Source: an uncultured virus (IMG/VR IMGVR_UViG_2791355422_000001)
Taxonomy: Duplodnaviria > Heunggongvirae > Uroviricota > Caudoviricetes
Virus record (IMG/VR): IMGVR_UViG_2791355422_000001
Length of the DNA: 33,131 nt
Direction: 5' to 3' (one strand)
Of this stretch, positions 1 to 8,952 are shown piece after piece. Positions within the stretch are counted from its first letter, which is position 1; each line of letters begins with the position of its first letter. The notes beneath the pieces were generated by a model. The model saw only the letters and a program-made list of their open reading frames with translations. It searched no databases and was not told where the DNA came from. The translations under genes and the position numbers were made by a program.

Positions 1-1
1 G

Positions 2-931
2 AAGATCCGCGAGGGTCGGGCCCGGGATGACGGTCTGTACTACGACCATCGCGAGGCCCCGCCCGAGACTGACATGACAGACCGGGATTCGCTGCTCTCA
101 GGACTGTCGTACACCTATGGCGACTCGGCCGACCGCAACGGCGGCCACGTCGACCTGGACACGCTGGTCGCCACAATCTGGGACCCCAGCACGGACCCGC
201 AGACGGCGCGAGCAGACTTCCTGAATCAGATCACGCACGCGTCCGACTCGTGGATCTCGCAGCCCGAGTGGGCTGGGGTTGCTGCGACGGACAAGGTCGT
301 CGGGCGGGGCGAGGAGATCGTTCTTGGTTTCGACGGGTCACGGCGCCGGAATCGCGGCGTGACCGATGCGACCGCGCTGGTCGGCTGCCGCGTCTCGGAC
401 GGCCACCTGTTCCTGGTCGGCTGCTGGGAGCAGCCGGACGGGCCGTTCGGGCAGGACTGGCAGGTTCCCACGGTTGAGGTGCTCGCCACGGTGGAGGACG
501 CGTTTCGCGAGTACAAGGTCGTCGGCATGTATGCGGACCCGGCCAGATGGGAGTCCCATGTGGCGAAGTGGGAGGCCGACCACGGCCGTCGGCTGAAGCT
601 GAAGGCGTCGGTGCAGCATCCGATCGAGTGGTGGATGACGGGCGGCCGGTCGCATCAGATTGTGCGCGCCCTGGAGAAGTTCCGCTCAAGTGTCGTTGAC
701 GGTGAGCTGTCCCATGACGGTTCGAGCGTGCTGACGAGGCACATCCTCAATGCGCGCCGACGCGAGTCGCGCAGCGGCATCCAGATCATGAAAGAGCACC
801 CCGACAGCCCGAAGAAGATCGACGCGGCCATTGCCGCTGTGCTCGCCTGGCAGTGCCGCGTGGATGCGATGGCCAAGGGGCTTGGACGCAAGAAGACGGG
901 CAAGCCGGGACGGGTGGTGGTGCTGCGGTGA
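2..931 (+). CDS. terL: Phage terminase large subunit, C-terminal nuclease part (5'-truncated by window)
   Basis: Frame open from base 2; LGFDGS..D.TAL RNase H-like motif, ADP..W, KIDAAIAAVLA terminal motif; directly upstream of portal. Confidence 0.92.
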   Translation, partial: KIREGRARDDGLYYDHREAPPETDMTDRDSLLSGLSYTYGDSADRNGGHVDLDTLVATIWDPSTDPQTARADFLNQITHASDSWISQPEWAGVAATDKVVGRGEEIVLGFDGSRRRNRGVTDATALVGCRVSDGHLFLVGCWEQPDGPFGQDWQVPTVEVLATVEDAFREYKVVGMYADPARWESHVAKWEADHGRRLKLKASVQHPIEWWMTGGRSHQIVRALEKFRSSVVDGELSHDGSSVLTRHILNARRRESRSGIQIMKEHPDSPKKIDAAIAAVLAWQCRVDAMAKGLGRKKTGKPGRVVVLR

Positions 932-2388
932 CCATCTCCATCCCTGAACTCCCGCTGCTGACGCTGTCGGATGACGAGCTCGCCCTGATCAACCTGTTGC
1001 GCGCGGACATGCTGCGGGACCGGTGGGCGCTGCAGTTGCGGGACGCCTACTTCAACGGCGAGCAGCTGGTCCGTGACCTCGGTATCAGTATTCCGCCGCA
1101 GCTCAAGGGTCTGCACACGGTGATCGGCTGGCCGCGTGTCGGTGTCGAGTCGCTGGAGGAGCGCCTCGACTTGGAGGCGTTCCGCTGGGCTGACGGTTCG
1201 GATTCGGCGGAGCTGGCTGAGATCGCCGAGGCCAACGACCTATTCGACGAGTCGAGCCTGGCCCACTTGGATGCGCTGGTGTACGGCCGCGAGTATCTGG
1301 CGGTCGGCTCCGGTGACTGTGGCGACGACTGTCCGCCGTTGATCTCGGCGGAGTCGCCGTTGGACATGACGCTGATGTGGGATGCCCGTCTGCGGATGGG
1401 CACGGCGGCGCTGCGGGAGTGCGCGGCGGACAACTTCATCGAGTCGGGTCCGGATGAGCGGATGCTGGTGCTGTATCTGCCGGATCAGACGGTGATGTGC
1501 CTGCCGTCGGAGTCGGGCGGGTGGGAGGTCGTCGACCGGGACATCCACCAGCTGGGCGTGGTGCCGGTCGTGCGGATGGCGAACCGGCAGCGCACCGCGG
1601 ACCGGGTCGGCAAGTCCGAGATCACGCCCGAGGTCATGTCCATCACGGATGCCGCCTGTCGGCGCCTGATGGGCATGGAGGTGGCGGCGGAGTTCTTCGG
1701 CGCCCCGCAGCGCTACATTCTCGGTGCGTCGGAGTCGGCGTTCCAGGATGCCGAGGGCAATCCGCTGGATGCGTGGGCGACGTACATCGGCCGCATGCTG
1801 GGCCTGGAGCGCGACGAGGATGGCAACATCCCGACCGTCGGTCAGTTCGCGGCGCATGACCCGACGGGCATGACGAAGATCATCGACCTGTACGCGCGGA
1901 TCATGTCGTCGCAGTTCGGGCTGCCGCCGCACATGCTCGGCTATACGACCGACAACCCGGCGTCGGCGGACGCGATCCGGAGCACTGAGGCGAAGCTGGT
2001 TAAGAGGTCCGAGCGCAGGATCCGCCGCTTCGGGTCTGCCTGGCAGCAGGCCATGCGGCTCGCTCTGTGGGTGCGGGACGGGGAGCCGCCGGACAAGTCG
2101 CGCTGCATCGAGACGGTGTGGCGGAACCCGGCGACACCGACGGTGGCGGCCCAGGTGGACGCGACGGTCAAGCTCGTGCAGGCCGGCGTGCTGCCCGCGG
2201 ACTCGGACGTGACGTTGGAGATGGCCGGGTTCACGGAGACGCAGCGGCAGCGGATTGCGGCCGATCGGCGGCGGGCTGCCGGCAGGGCTGGGAGTACCGC
2301 ACTGCTCGACCGCCTGGCGGAGCTTGGCGCGGGCGGCCAGCCGGTGAGTGCTGAACCGTCGGAGGCCGATCTTGGCGACCTCGGATAG
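928..2388 (+). CDS. Phage portal protein (SPP1 gp6-like)
   Basis: GTG at 928 overlaps the terminase stop (GTGA); GWPRVGVESLEERL, GKSEI, EFFGAPQRYILG, NPASADAI, W.NPATPT motifs typical of actinophage portals. Confidence 0.92.
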   Translation: MTISIPELPLLTLSDDELALINLLRADMLRDRWALQLRDAYFNGEQLVRDLGISIPPQLKGLHTVIGWPRVGVESLEERLDLEAFRWADGSDSAELAEIAEANDLFDESSLAHLDALVYGREYLAVGSGDCGDDCPPLISAESPLDMTLMWDARLRMGTAALRECAADNFIESGPDERMLVLYLPDQTVMCLPSESGGWEVVDRDIHQLGVVPVVRMANRQRTADRVGKSEITPEVMSITDAACRRLMGMEVAAEFFGAPQRYILGASESAFQDAEGNPLDAWATYIGRMLGLERDEDGNIPTVGQFAAHDPTGMTKIIDLYARIMSSQFGLPPHMLGYTTDNPASADAIRSTEAKLVKRSERRIRRFGSAWQQAMRLALWVRDGEPPDKSRCIETVWRNPATPTVAAQVDATVKLVQAGVLPADSDVTLEMAGFTETQRQRIAADRRRAAGRAGSTALLDRLAELGAGGQPVSAEPSEADLGDLG

Positions 2389-3181
2389 TTCGAGGAGCGT
2401 TGTCCGTTGGCGGCAGGCGCAGGCTGGTCTGTCCACGCTGCTGTTGCGTGATCTGCGTGGGCTGCGGCGTCTCATCAACCCGAACCGTTTGCAGGCGACG
2501 GTGCCGACGTGGATCGAGGCGGTGGCGGCCCTGGTGGCGCGCTACGCAGAGGCGTCAGCGACCTTGGGCGCCGACTTCTACGACGGTGAGCGTGAAACGG
2601 CGGACGTGGCGGGGACGTTCACGGTGCAGCTGGCTGATCCGCCTCCGGATGAGCAGACGTCGAACTCGCTGCGCTGGGCTACGAAGGACTTGTGGCCGCG
2701 CGACGAGGGAGACGCGACCGTGGCCCATTTGGAGCCGCTCGACGTCCGCCTGGAGGCGGCAATGTCGAAGGCTGACGGCGCTGTCGACCGGCTGGTGTTG
2801 AACGCGGGCCGGGAGACGGTGCAGGAGGCTGTCCGGCAGGACCGCGGGGCTGTGGCCTATGCGCGTGCTGCGGCTCTCGGCTGTTGCTCCTTCTGCGCAC
2901 TCATGTCCAGCCGCGGCGCGGTCTACGAAGATCGCGGAACGGTGGGCGAGGACGCCAACGACAGGTTCGTCGGCAACGACAGCGTGATCAAGTATCACAA
3001 CTACTGCCGCTGCCAGCCGATCCCCGTTTTCCGAGGCCAGGCGTTCGAACTGTCGGCGAAGGCCCGCGAGTGGGATCGCATCTACCGCGAGTTCGCCCAA
3101 GGGCATCCGGGGCAGCAGCTTCGGCTCTTCCGGGCCGCGCTCACCGAGCAGCGCGCTCAGGCAGCCCCCGGATCTTTCTGA
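2372..3181 (+). CDS. Minor head protein, MuF/VG15-like (often called capsid maturation protease in actinophages)
   Basis: TTG start with GGAGG at 2361-2365; C.FC.LM.SRG.VY and YH..C.C.P.PVF motifs; lies between portal and scaffold. Confidence 0.75.
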   Translation: MATSDSSRSVVRWRQAQAGLSTLLLRDLRGLRRLINPNRLQATVPTWIEAVAALVARYAEASATLGADFYDGERETADVAGTFTVQLADPPPDEQTSNSLRWATKDLWPRDEGDATVAHLEPLDVRLEAAMSKADGAVDRLVLNAGRETVQEAVRQDRGAVAYARAAALGCCSFCALMSSRGAVYEDRGTVGEDANDRFVGNDSVIKYHNYCRCQPIPVFRGQAFELSAKAREWDRIYREFAQGHPGQQLRLFRAALTEQRAQAAPGSF

Positions 3182-3188
3182 TCAACGT

Positions 3189-3214
3189 GGTCGCCCTGGT
3201 GGCGGCCTTTCTTA
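3189..3214 (+). terminator. Stem-loop followed by T-rich tract upstream of scaffold gene
   Basis: GGTCGCC-ctggt-GGCGGCC followed by TTTCTT. Confidence 0.45.
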
Positions 3215-3244
3215 TTTCCACAGCCCCTGGAGGGCCGATTCGTC

Positions 3245-3901
3245 ATGCCCGAAGAGACCGAGCAGACCAGCGAGCAGCAGGAGTCCGGCACCGAGGAGAC
3301 CGTCGAGGAGACGGCGACCGAGGAGAACGACAGCTCTGAGCAGCAGGACGACGCCCAGGAGGCGGAGTCCGGAGGTGAGGAGAAGCCGTTCGACCGGAAG
3401 CAGGCCGAGGCGAAGATCAAGAAGGCGAACTCGGAGGCTGCGAACCTCCGTAAGCGCCTGAAGGAGCTGGAGCCGAAGGCCGCCGAGCTGCAGCGCATCA
3501 AGGACGCCGAGAAGACGGAGTCCGAGCGCTTGGGTGACCAGCTGACCCGAGCCAACGAGCAGATCGCCAAGACCCGCACTCGTCTCGTCGAGGCGCGCGT
3601 GCAGGCTCTGGCCGGCTCGGCGGTGGGTGAGCGGGCGGCGTTCACGGATCCCGAGGACGCGGTCGGCCAGCTCGAACTGGGCTCGTACATCGACGAGTCG
3701 GGCGAGATTGACGAGGCCGCCATTGAGGCGGATCTCCAGGCGCTGTTGGAGCGCAAGCCGCACTGGGCGCGAGTCCAGCCCCCGGAGGGCCCGCGGCGAC
3801 CTGCACCGGACCGCACTCAGGCGTCCGGTGCCAACAAGTCCAGGCCCCCCGCCCCAGGCGATGAGTTCGCCGGGTGGCTGAAGCCGCAGCTCAGGCAGTA
3901 G
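3245..3901 (+). CDS. Capsid scaffolding protein
   Basis: Acidic N-terminus, coiled coil (KANSEAANLRKRLKELE), LLERKPHW..P.PD..Q C-terminus; immediately before major capsid; GGAGGG SD. Confidence 0.85.
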   Translation: MPEETEQTSEQQESGTEETVEETATEENDSSEQQDDAQEAESGGEEKPFDRKQAEAKIKKANSEAANLRKRLKELEPKAAELQRIKDAEKTESERLGDQLTRANEQIAKTRTRLVEARVQALAGSAVGERAAFTDPEDAVGQLELGSYIDESGEIDEAAIEADLQALLERKPHWARVQPPEGPRRPAPDRTQASGANKSRPPAPGDEFAGWLKPQLRQ

Positions 3902-3922
3902 CTGCAGAAAGAGCAGGAAGTC

Positions 3923-4879
3923 ATGGTGGCTACGGCCCCCCTCAAGCTGTCCGACGTCAACGACGCACTACTGCCCCGCACTCTGGCGGGGCCCATCTTC
4001 GAGAAGTCGGTGGAGGCGAGCGCGGTCATGGCGCTGGCCCGACCTGCGCCTCTCGCTCTCGACGCGACCACGTCGGTGCCGATCCCGATGGACGTTCCGA
4101 CCGCAGACTGGGTCGGCCAGGCCGCACGTAAGCCGCTGTCCAGCGGCGGTGTCGCGGTGAAGCAGATGCAGGCGAAGAAGGTCGCCGTGCTGATCCCGGT
4201 TTCCGAAGAGGTCGTCATGACCAACGCGGGCGGCCTGTGGAAGCAGCTGCAGAAGGATCTGCCGACGGCGTTCGCGCGAGCTTTTGACCACGCGGCGATC
4301 CACGGCAAGACCATGAAGGGAGCCACGGGCCCCTTCGCCGACTATCTGGCAGCGACGGACAACGCTGTTGCGCTGGGTACGGCGCCGCGCAACGAGGGCG
4401 GCATCTGGGCCGACTTCGTTGACGGCATGGAGATGGTCGTCGATGGCGACTGGGACTACACGGGCACGGCCGCGGACCATCGCCTGAAGCCGAAGCTGCT
4501 TCGCGCGACGGACGCGAACGGCCAGCCGATTCTGGTGGACACGCAGACGCCGGGCACGAACATGGCGTCGGCGGGCACGCTGATCGGCGAGCCGCTCGCG
4601 TACTCACGGTCGGTGTCGGGCAAGCAGCGCCGGCAGTCCGCTTCGGTGGACTCGGGCCTGCGTGCGATCGGCGGCGACTGGTCGCAGGCGGCTTACGGGA
4701 TCGGCATGGACATCACCGTGCGGATCTCGAAGGAGGCCACGTACATCGACGAGGACGGCGGCGTGCACTCCGCGTTCCAAGAGAACCTGGTGCTGCTCCT
4801 CGCGGAGGCCTTCTACGGCTTCGTGATGGGCGACGAGGACGCATTCGTCCGGTACACCGGCACCCCTTCGGGGTCCTGA
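3923..4879 (+). CDS. Major capsid protein (HK97 fold)
   Basis: A.WVG...KP, KKVAVLIPVSEE, FD.A..HG, GDWSQ, SAFQENLV.L.AE motifs; synteny. Confidence 0.93.
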   Translation: MVATAPLKLSDVNDALLPRTLAGPIFEKSVEASAVMALARPAPLALDATTSVPIPMDVPTADWVGQAARKPLSSGGVAVKQMQAKKVAVLIPVSEEVVMTNAGGLWKQLQKDLPTAFARAFDHAAIHGKTMKGATGPFADYLAATDNAVALGTAPRNEGGIWADFVDGMEMVVDGDWDYTGTAADHRLKPKLLRATDANGQPILVDTQTPGTNMASAGTLIGEPLAYSRSVSGKQRRQSASVDSGLRAIGGDWSQAAYGIGMDITVRISKEATYIDEDGGVHSAFQENLVLLLAEAFYGFVMGDEDAFVRYTGTPSGS

Positions 4880-5913
4880 TGGCGAGGGCTGTCCCGGTGT
4901 CCGCGCCGGGCGGGGCAGCCAAGCCCCTGAAGATCGTCGCCAGGGTGCATGCGGCCCCTCCTGAGCACAATGCGGGCGCCGAGCACATGCTGATCAGCAT
5001 GCTGCGCCCCTTGGTGGAGCGCGGGCACGACGTATCCGTGTGGCTCTCTCGCTACGGGAAGGCCAGCAAGGAGTACGACTATCGGGGCATCAAGGTCGTG
5101 CCGCTGGCCTCGCGACTCGATTTCCCCTCCGCGGTCCGCAGGGCCGATGTCCTGCTGGCCCATCTGGAGACGGTGCCGTCGACGGCGTCGCTGGCCCGCG
5201 GGTACGGCAAGCCACTGATTGTGGTCTGCCATAACACCCACAGGCCAACCTTCCGCGACGCCGCTGTGGGCGGGACCGCATTGGCGGTCTACAACAGCCA
5301 ATGGATGGAGCGGGAGGCGGAGATGTTCTTCGCCGAGTACCCGAAGTCCACGCGGCCGGAGCGTTCGCTGATCGTGCGCCCGCCGGTGTTCGCCGACGAG
5401 TATGTGACGAAGCCCGGCAAAGCCGTCACGCTGATCAACTGCAACCCGGAGAAGGGCGGCAAGGTGCTTGAGTCGCTGGCCCGCCGGATGCCGGATCAGC
5501 GGTTCCTCGCGGTGCGCGGCGCATACGGCGAGCAGATCCTCCCCGACCTGCCCAACGTCGAGATCGTCGAGCATGTCGACGGGCAGGGCATGCGGGACTG
5601 TGTGTACGCCCGCACACGGGTGCTGCTGATGCCGTCCTCCTATGAGTCGTGGGGACGCGCCGGGGTGGAGGCGCTCGCGAGCGGCATTCCCGTCCTGGCC
5701 CACCCGACGCCTGGCCTGTGCGAATCGCTTGGCGACGCCGGGGTCTTCGTCGACCGGGCCGACGTCGACGGCTACGAGGCGGTCCTGCGGAAGCTCGCGA
5801 CGCCGGCCGAGTACCGGTTGGCCAGCAAGCGTGCCAAGGCCCGCTCTGCCGAACTCGACCCGTCTGCTGATCTCGCCGCCTGGTGCCAGGCCGTGGAGGC
5901 CCTGCCCGGTTAG
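4879..5913 (+). CDS. Glycosyltransferase family 4 (GT-B fold)
   Basis: N-terminal H..PP..NAGAE motif, EKGG, and PS..ESWGRAGVEALASGIPV (E-x7-E GT4 signature); ATG overlaps capsid stop (TGATG). Confidence 0.9.
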   Translation: MARAVPVSAPGGAAKPLKIVARVHAAPPEHNAGAEHMLISMLRPLVERGHDVSVWLSRYGKASKEYDYRGIKVVPLASRLDFPSAVRRADVLLAHLETVPSTASLARGYGKPLIVVCHNTHRPTFRDAAVGGTALAVYNSQWMEREAEMFFAEYPKSTRPERSLIVRPPVFADEYVTKPGKAVTLINCNPEKGGKVLESLARRMPDQRFLAVRGAYGEQILPDLPNVEIVEHVDGQGMRDCVYARTRVLLMPSSYESWGRAGVEALASGIPVLAHPTPGLCESLGDAGVFVDRADVDGYEAVLRKLATPAEYRLASKRAKARSAELDPSADLAAWCQAVEALPG

Positions 5914-5922
5914 GAGACTCCC

Positions 5923-6336
5923 GTGGCGTTCGAGCTCCCAACGGCGGAGGATCTGGGGCTGTACCTGGATCTGGACGAGATCGGCGGGGACCGGGCGGCG
6001 CTGCTGATCCGGCAGGCCGTCAATCTGTGCCAGACGGTGGTGAAGCCTCTCCCGGAGGGCGCCGAGGCTGTGGTGCTGTCGGTCGCCGGCCGGGCCTACA
6101 CGAACCCGCAGCAGGTGTCCTACGAGACGATCGGCCCGATGTCGGTGCAGCGCCCGACCGGTTCGGGCGGCCTGTATCTCACGAAGAGCGACAAGTCTGC
6201 GCTCAAGTCCTTGGCGGGCCGCGGGGGAGCCTTTACCGTCGATCCGACGCCGGCGACTGCGGACCCGTCGCCGACGTGGCCGATCGACGATGCTGGGTTC
6301 CCGCACGAGTTCGAGCCCGGCTGGGGGTATGGCTGA
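5923..6336 (+). CDS. Head-to-tail adaptor (connector) protein
   Basis: AGGAG SD; RAYTNPQ..SYETIGP, GGLYLTK.DK..L motifs typical of actinophage adaptors. Confidence 0.8.
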   Translation: MAFELPTAEDLGLYLDLDEIGGDRAALLIRQAVNLCQTVVKPLPEGAEAVVLSVAGRAYTNPQQVSYETIGPMSVQRPTGSGGLYLTKSDKSALKSLAGRGGAFTVDPTPATADPSPTWPIDDAGFPHEFEPGWGYG

Positions 6337-6698
6337 TGCCTGGCCCCTACCCCTACGGGGAGACGGTTGTCCGGCTACGGCGCGGCCCGTCGCCGGGCCG
6401 GGATCCGCGGGGTCAGCCGATCCCCGGCCCGCTCCTGGAGACGCCCGTGACGGGCTGCGTGGTGACGCCGCGGCAGTCTGCACCTCAGGTGGGCGGCGAC
6501 GAGCAGCAGGCCCGGGACACCGTCATTGTCGGCTGGACTGTGTACGCGCCGCCGGGTTCAGACTGGCGGACGACGGACCGGGTGCGGATCCGCGGCGAGG
6601 TCTGCGAGATCACCGGCGAGCCGGGTGCCTGGGGGCGCAGCCCGTTCACCGGGACCCGCGGAGTGATCCAGTTCGCGGCAGACCGGGTGACGGGTTAG
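6336..6698 (+). CDS. Head-to-tail stopper / head closure protein
   Basis: ATG overlaps upstream TGA; GETVVRLR, TVYAPPG.D..TDRVRIRG...EI.GEPG.W..SPFTG motif. Confidence 0.8.
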   Translation: MPGPYPYGETVVRLRRGPSPGRDPRGQPIPGPLLETPVTGCVVTPRQSAPQVGGDEQQARDTVIVGWTVYAPPGSDWRTTDRVRIRGEVCEITGEPGAWGRSPFTGTRGVIQFAADRVTG

Positions 6699-7015
6699 CC
6701 GCGCGCCTGCTCGACCGCGGCGATCAGCTTGGCGGCGGCGTCGTTGCTCTTGCAGGGGATGGACAGGCTGTGCGGGTCCTCGTAAGGCGGCCGTCCGCCG
6801 TGCATGAGCCCGCCCTCTTCGCCGGCCGCCTGGCTGCCGGGGAGCACGAACTGCACGTAGCCGTGGAACAGCCGGCTGCCCTCTTTGAACCGGGTGCCGG
6901 TGACATCAGCTGCCCGGATGCGCACGGGCGCCGGTTTGGCCCCGATGGGCGTCTTGGCGATGGTGATCCACTCACCGTCGAAGCTGATCGTTCCCTGTAC
7001 GCCCTTCACGTCCAT
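6695..7015 (-). CDS. DUF4429-like (PH-like) small protein, antisense insertion in head-tail module
   Basis: MDVKGVQGTISFDGEWITI..., RFKEGSRLFHGYVQF, DPHS match my recollection of DUF4429; fills the gap between two + strand tail genes; GGGGG SD-like sequence. Confidence 0.75.
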   Translation of the reverse strand: MDVKGVQGTISFDGEWITIAKTPIGAKPAPVRIRAADVTGTRFKEGSRLFHGYVQFVLPGSQAAGEEGGLMHGGRPPYEDPHSLSIPCKSNDAAAKLIAAVEQARG

Positions 7016-7051
7016 GTCCGCCCCCAGGTGCGCGAGTTGATGGAGGTGGCT

Positions 7052-7378
7052 ATGGCAGCACGGTTCAAGATGTCCAACAAGGGTGTGGGGCAACTCCTGC
7101 GCAGCGAGATGGTCCGCGCGGAGATGGTGCGCCGGGCCGAGGTCATCAAGTCGGCGGCCGAGGCGATCGCCCCAGTCGGCGGTCCAGGCGACCCGCACCC
7201 CGGCCACTACAAGTCCAGCTTCAGTGTGACCAGCACACTTCGCGGTGGCCGCCGACGCGACCGCGCCACCGCCACGGTCACAAACTCTTCCTACTACGCC
7301 CGGTGGGTGGAGTACGGCACCGAGAAGGTGCCCGCCCACCACGTACTGCTGCGGGCCGCGCAGGCAGGTGGCCGCTGA
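7052..7378 (+). CDS. HK97 gp10-like tail component
   Basis: GGAGG SD; AEAIAPV...G.YK.S, YARWVEYGT, HVLLRA motif. Confidence 0.85.
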   Translation: MAARFKMSNKGVGQLLRSEMVRAEMVRRAEVIKSAAEAIAPVGGPGDPHPGHYKSSFSVTSTLRGGRRRDRATATVTNSSYYARWVEYGTEKVPAHHVLLRAAQAGGR

Positions 7379-7776
7379 TGGCCGCGGTCGGCTCGGTGGA
7401 CGTCGAGCTGGAGCTGATCGGCCGCGCTCAGGCCTACTTCGGGAGCCGAGCGCTAGTCCGGGATGAGCTCGACAACAACCTCCTCGACGAGCTGCCGACG
7501 ATCCAGGTCGAGGTGGTCGGTGGCAGCGATGACGGCTTCCGGCTCGACCGAGCCGTGGTCGACTTCAACGTCTACGCCCCGACCCGAGCAGAGGCGATCG
7601 CCCTGGCGGCCGAACTGCACGGCTGGATCCTTACGGAACTCCGTGGGTCCAGCAGCGCGACTGCCGTGATCGGCCGCACGGGCACCATCTCCCGCCCCGC
7701 TGTCCGCCCCTACGAGAACCTCTCGCTTCGCCGCGTCGGCGGCACCTACGAGATCTTCAGCCACCCGGTCTCCTGA
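7378..7776 (+). CDS. Tail terminator protein
   Basis: TGATG coupling; LP.IQV..VGG.DD...LD.A.VD..VYA.TR..A..LA; sits before major tail. Confidence 0.75.
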   Translation: MAAVGSVDVELELIGRAQAYFGSRALVRDELDNNLLDELPTIQVEVVGGSDDGFRLDRAVVDFNVYAPTRAEAIALAAELHGWILTELRGSSSATAVIGRTGTISRPAVRPYENLSLRRVGGTYEIFSHPVS

Positions 7777-7847
7777 CCGGCCAACGGGCCCGCGCCGGAC
7801 CCCAAGACCCGCCCGTGCGCGGGCTTCACGCATGTCTGGAGACAACG

Positions 7848-8432
7848 ATGGTCAACATCACCCGCGCAGCGGACCTCACCGTCATCGGAGCGAACGGTGC
7901 AGGGTGGGTAGGCGACACCGGGACTTCCGCGCCTGCTTCCCCGCTGACCCAGCCGCTCGCACCGTGGGAGCCGCTCGGCGCGATCAGCGACGACGGCCTG
8001 ACCTACGGAATCGATGAGGACTCCCAGGAGTTCACGCCCTGGGGTCTCACGAGCCCGTTCCGCACGCAGATCACCAAGTCGGTGCGGACGTTCAAAATGA
8101 CCCTGTGGGAGACCGCCCGTGTTGCGGTCCAGAGCATCATGTACCGGATTCCGGCGGCTGAACTTGAGCCCGTCTCCGGCCTCACCACGTTCGCCGAGAC
8201 CGCGAGCCCGGTCCCGGACCGCCGCGCGTGGTGGTTCCTCGTCATGGACGGCGACACCGCAAAGGGCTTCTACGTCCCCCAGGGCGAAGTGAGCGACCGG
8301 TCCGACGTGACTTTCAAGCAGGACGAGATGTCCGGCTACGAGATCACGGTCACCGCCTACCCGGACGCGAGCGGCAACACGGTTTACCACAGCGACAAGG
8401 TCCCGGCGACGCCCGACTACACCGGCTCCTGA
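7848..8432 (+). CDS. Major tail (tube) protein
   Basis: GGAG SD; LGAISDDGL, FTPWG, T.WET, GYEITVTAYPD motifs typical of actinophage tail tubes. Confidence 0.88.
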   Translation: MVNITRAADLTVIGANGAGWVGDTGTSAPASPLTQPLAPWEPLGAISDDGLTYGIDEDSQEFTPWGLTSPFRTQITKSVRTFKMTLWETARVAVQSIMYRIPAAELEPVSGLTTFAETASPVPDRRAWWFLVMDGDTAKGFYVPQGEVSDRSDVTFKQDEMSGYEITVTAYPDASGNTVYHSDKVPATPDYTGS

Positions 8433-8532
8433 GCCCCTCTGACTGGTGGACGGGCCGCATCGTGGCGCGCGGGCCCGGCCCGTCCACCTCTGCCCCCCCC
8501 AGCCCGCGCTGTAGATGAAGGAGGCCCGCGCC

Positions 8533-8952
8533 ATGGCAGCAAATGCCAGGACCGCCGCCCGCAAGAAGACAACCGCTCGCCCGCCCCGGAAGACTGCCGC
8601 TGCCGCTCCGGACGTCGAGCCGGAGCCGGACCTCGACGAGACTGAGGCCATCGAAGCGCAGGAGGCGGAGGCCGAAGGGCACTACGTGACCGCCTCGCTG
8701 TGCGGCCAGGACGTTCAGATCCTGCCGCCCACCGTGTGGAGGCAGTCCTGGAATCGCCTGCTCAACAGTGGCCAGATCGATGCTTTCGCCGAGCTCGTCA
8801 TAAACCCGGACGACCTTGAGTTGTACTTCGAACTCGACCCCACCAACGAGGAGTTCGGCGAGTTCATTGGCGAGGCCAGCGAGCAGGTCGCCGAGGGCCC
8901 GGGAAAATCGCGTGGACCCAACAGGTCCTCCAGGCGCACGCAGAGGCGGTAG
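8533..8952 (+). CDS. Tail assembly chaperone (gpG-like)
   Basis: AAGGAGG SD at 8518-8524; between major tail and tape measure; slippery sequence near 3' end. Confidence 0.82.
   Translation: MAANARTAARKKTTARPPRKTAAAAPDVEPEPDLDETEAIEAQEAEAEGHYVTASLCGQDVQILPPTVWRQSWNRLLNSGQIDAFAELVINPDDLELYFELDPTNEEFGEFIGEASEQVAEGPGKSRGPNRSSRRTQRR
8901..8907 (+). other. Programmed -1 ribosomal frameshift site G GGA AAA
   Basis: X XXY YYZ heptamer in the gpG frame; -1 frame open from 8901 to the stop at 9359. Confidence 0.85.

Noticed and set aside
853..927. N-terminal extension of the portal ORF in the track
   Set aside because: It lies inside the terminase; GTG at 928 with GTGA coupling is the more plausible start
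2372..3181. MuF-type polymorphic toxin
   Set aside because: Protein ends soon after the Cys/His motif, with no C-terminal toxin extension and no immunity gene
6290..7051. 362-aa ORF 6290-7378 as one gene
   Set aside because: Only 7052-7378 resembles HK97 gp10 and has its own GGAGG SD; the rest overlaps two other genes
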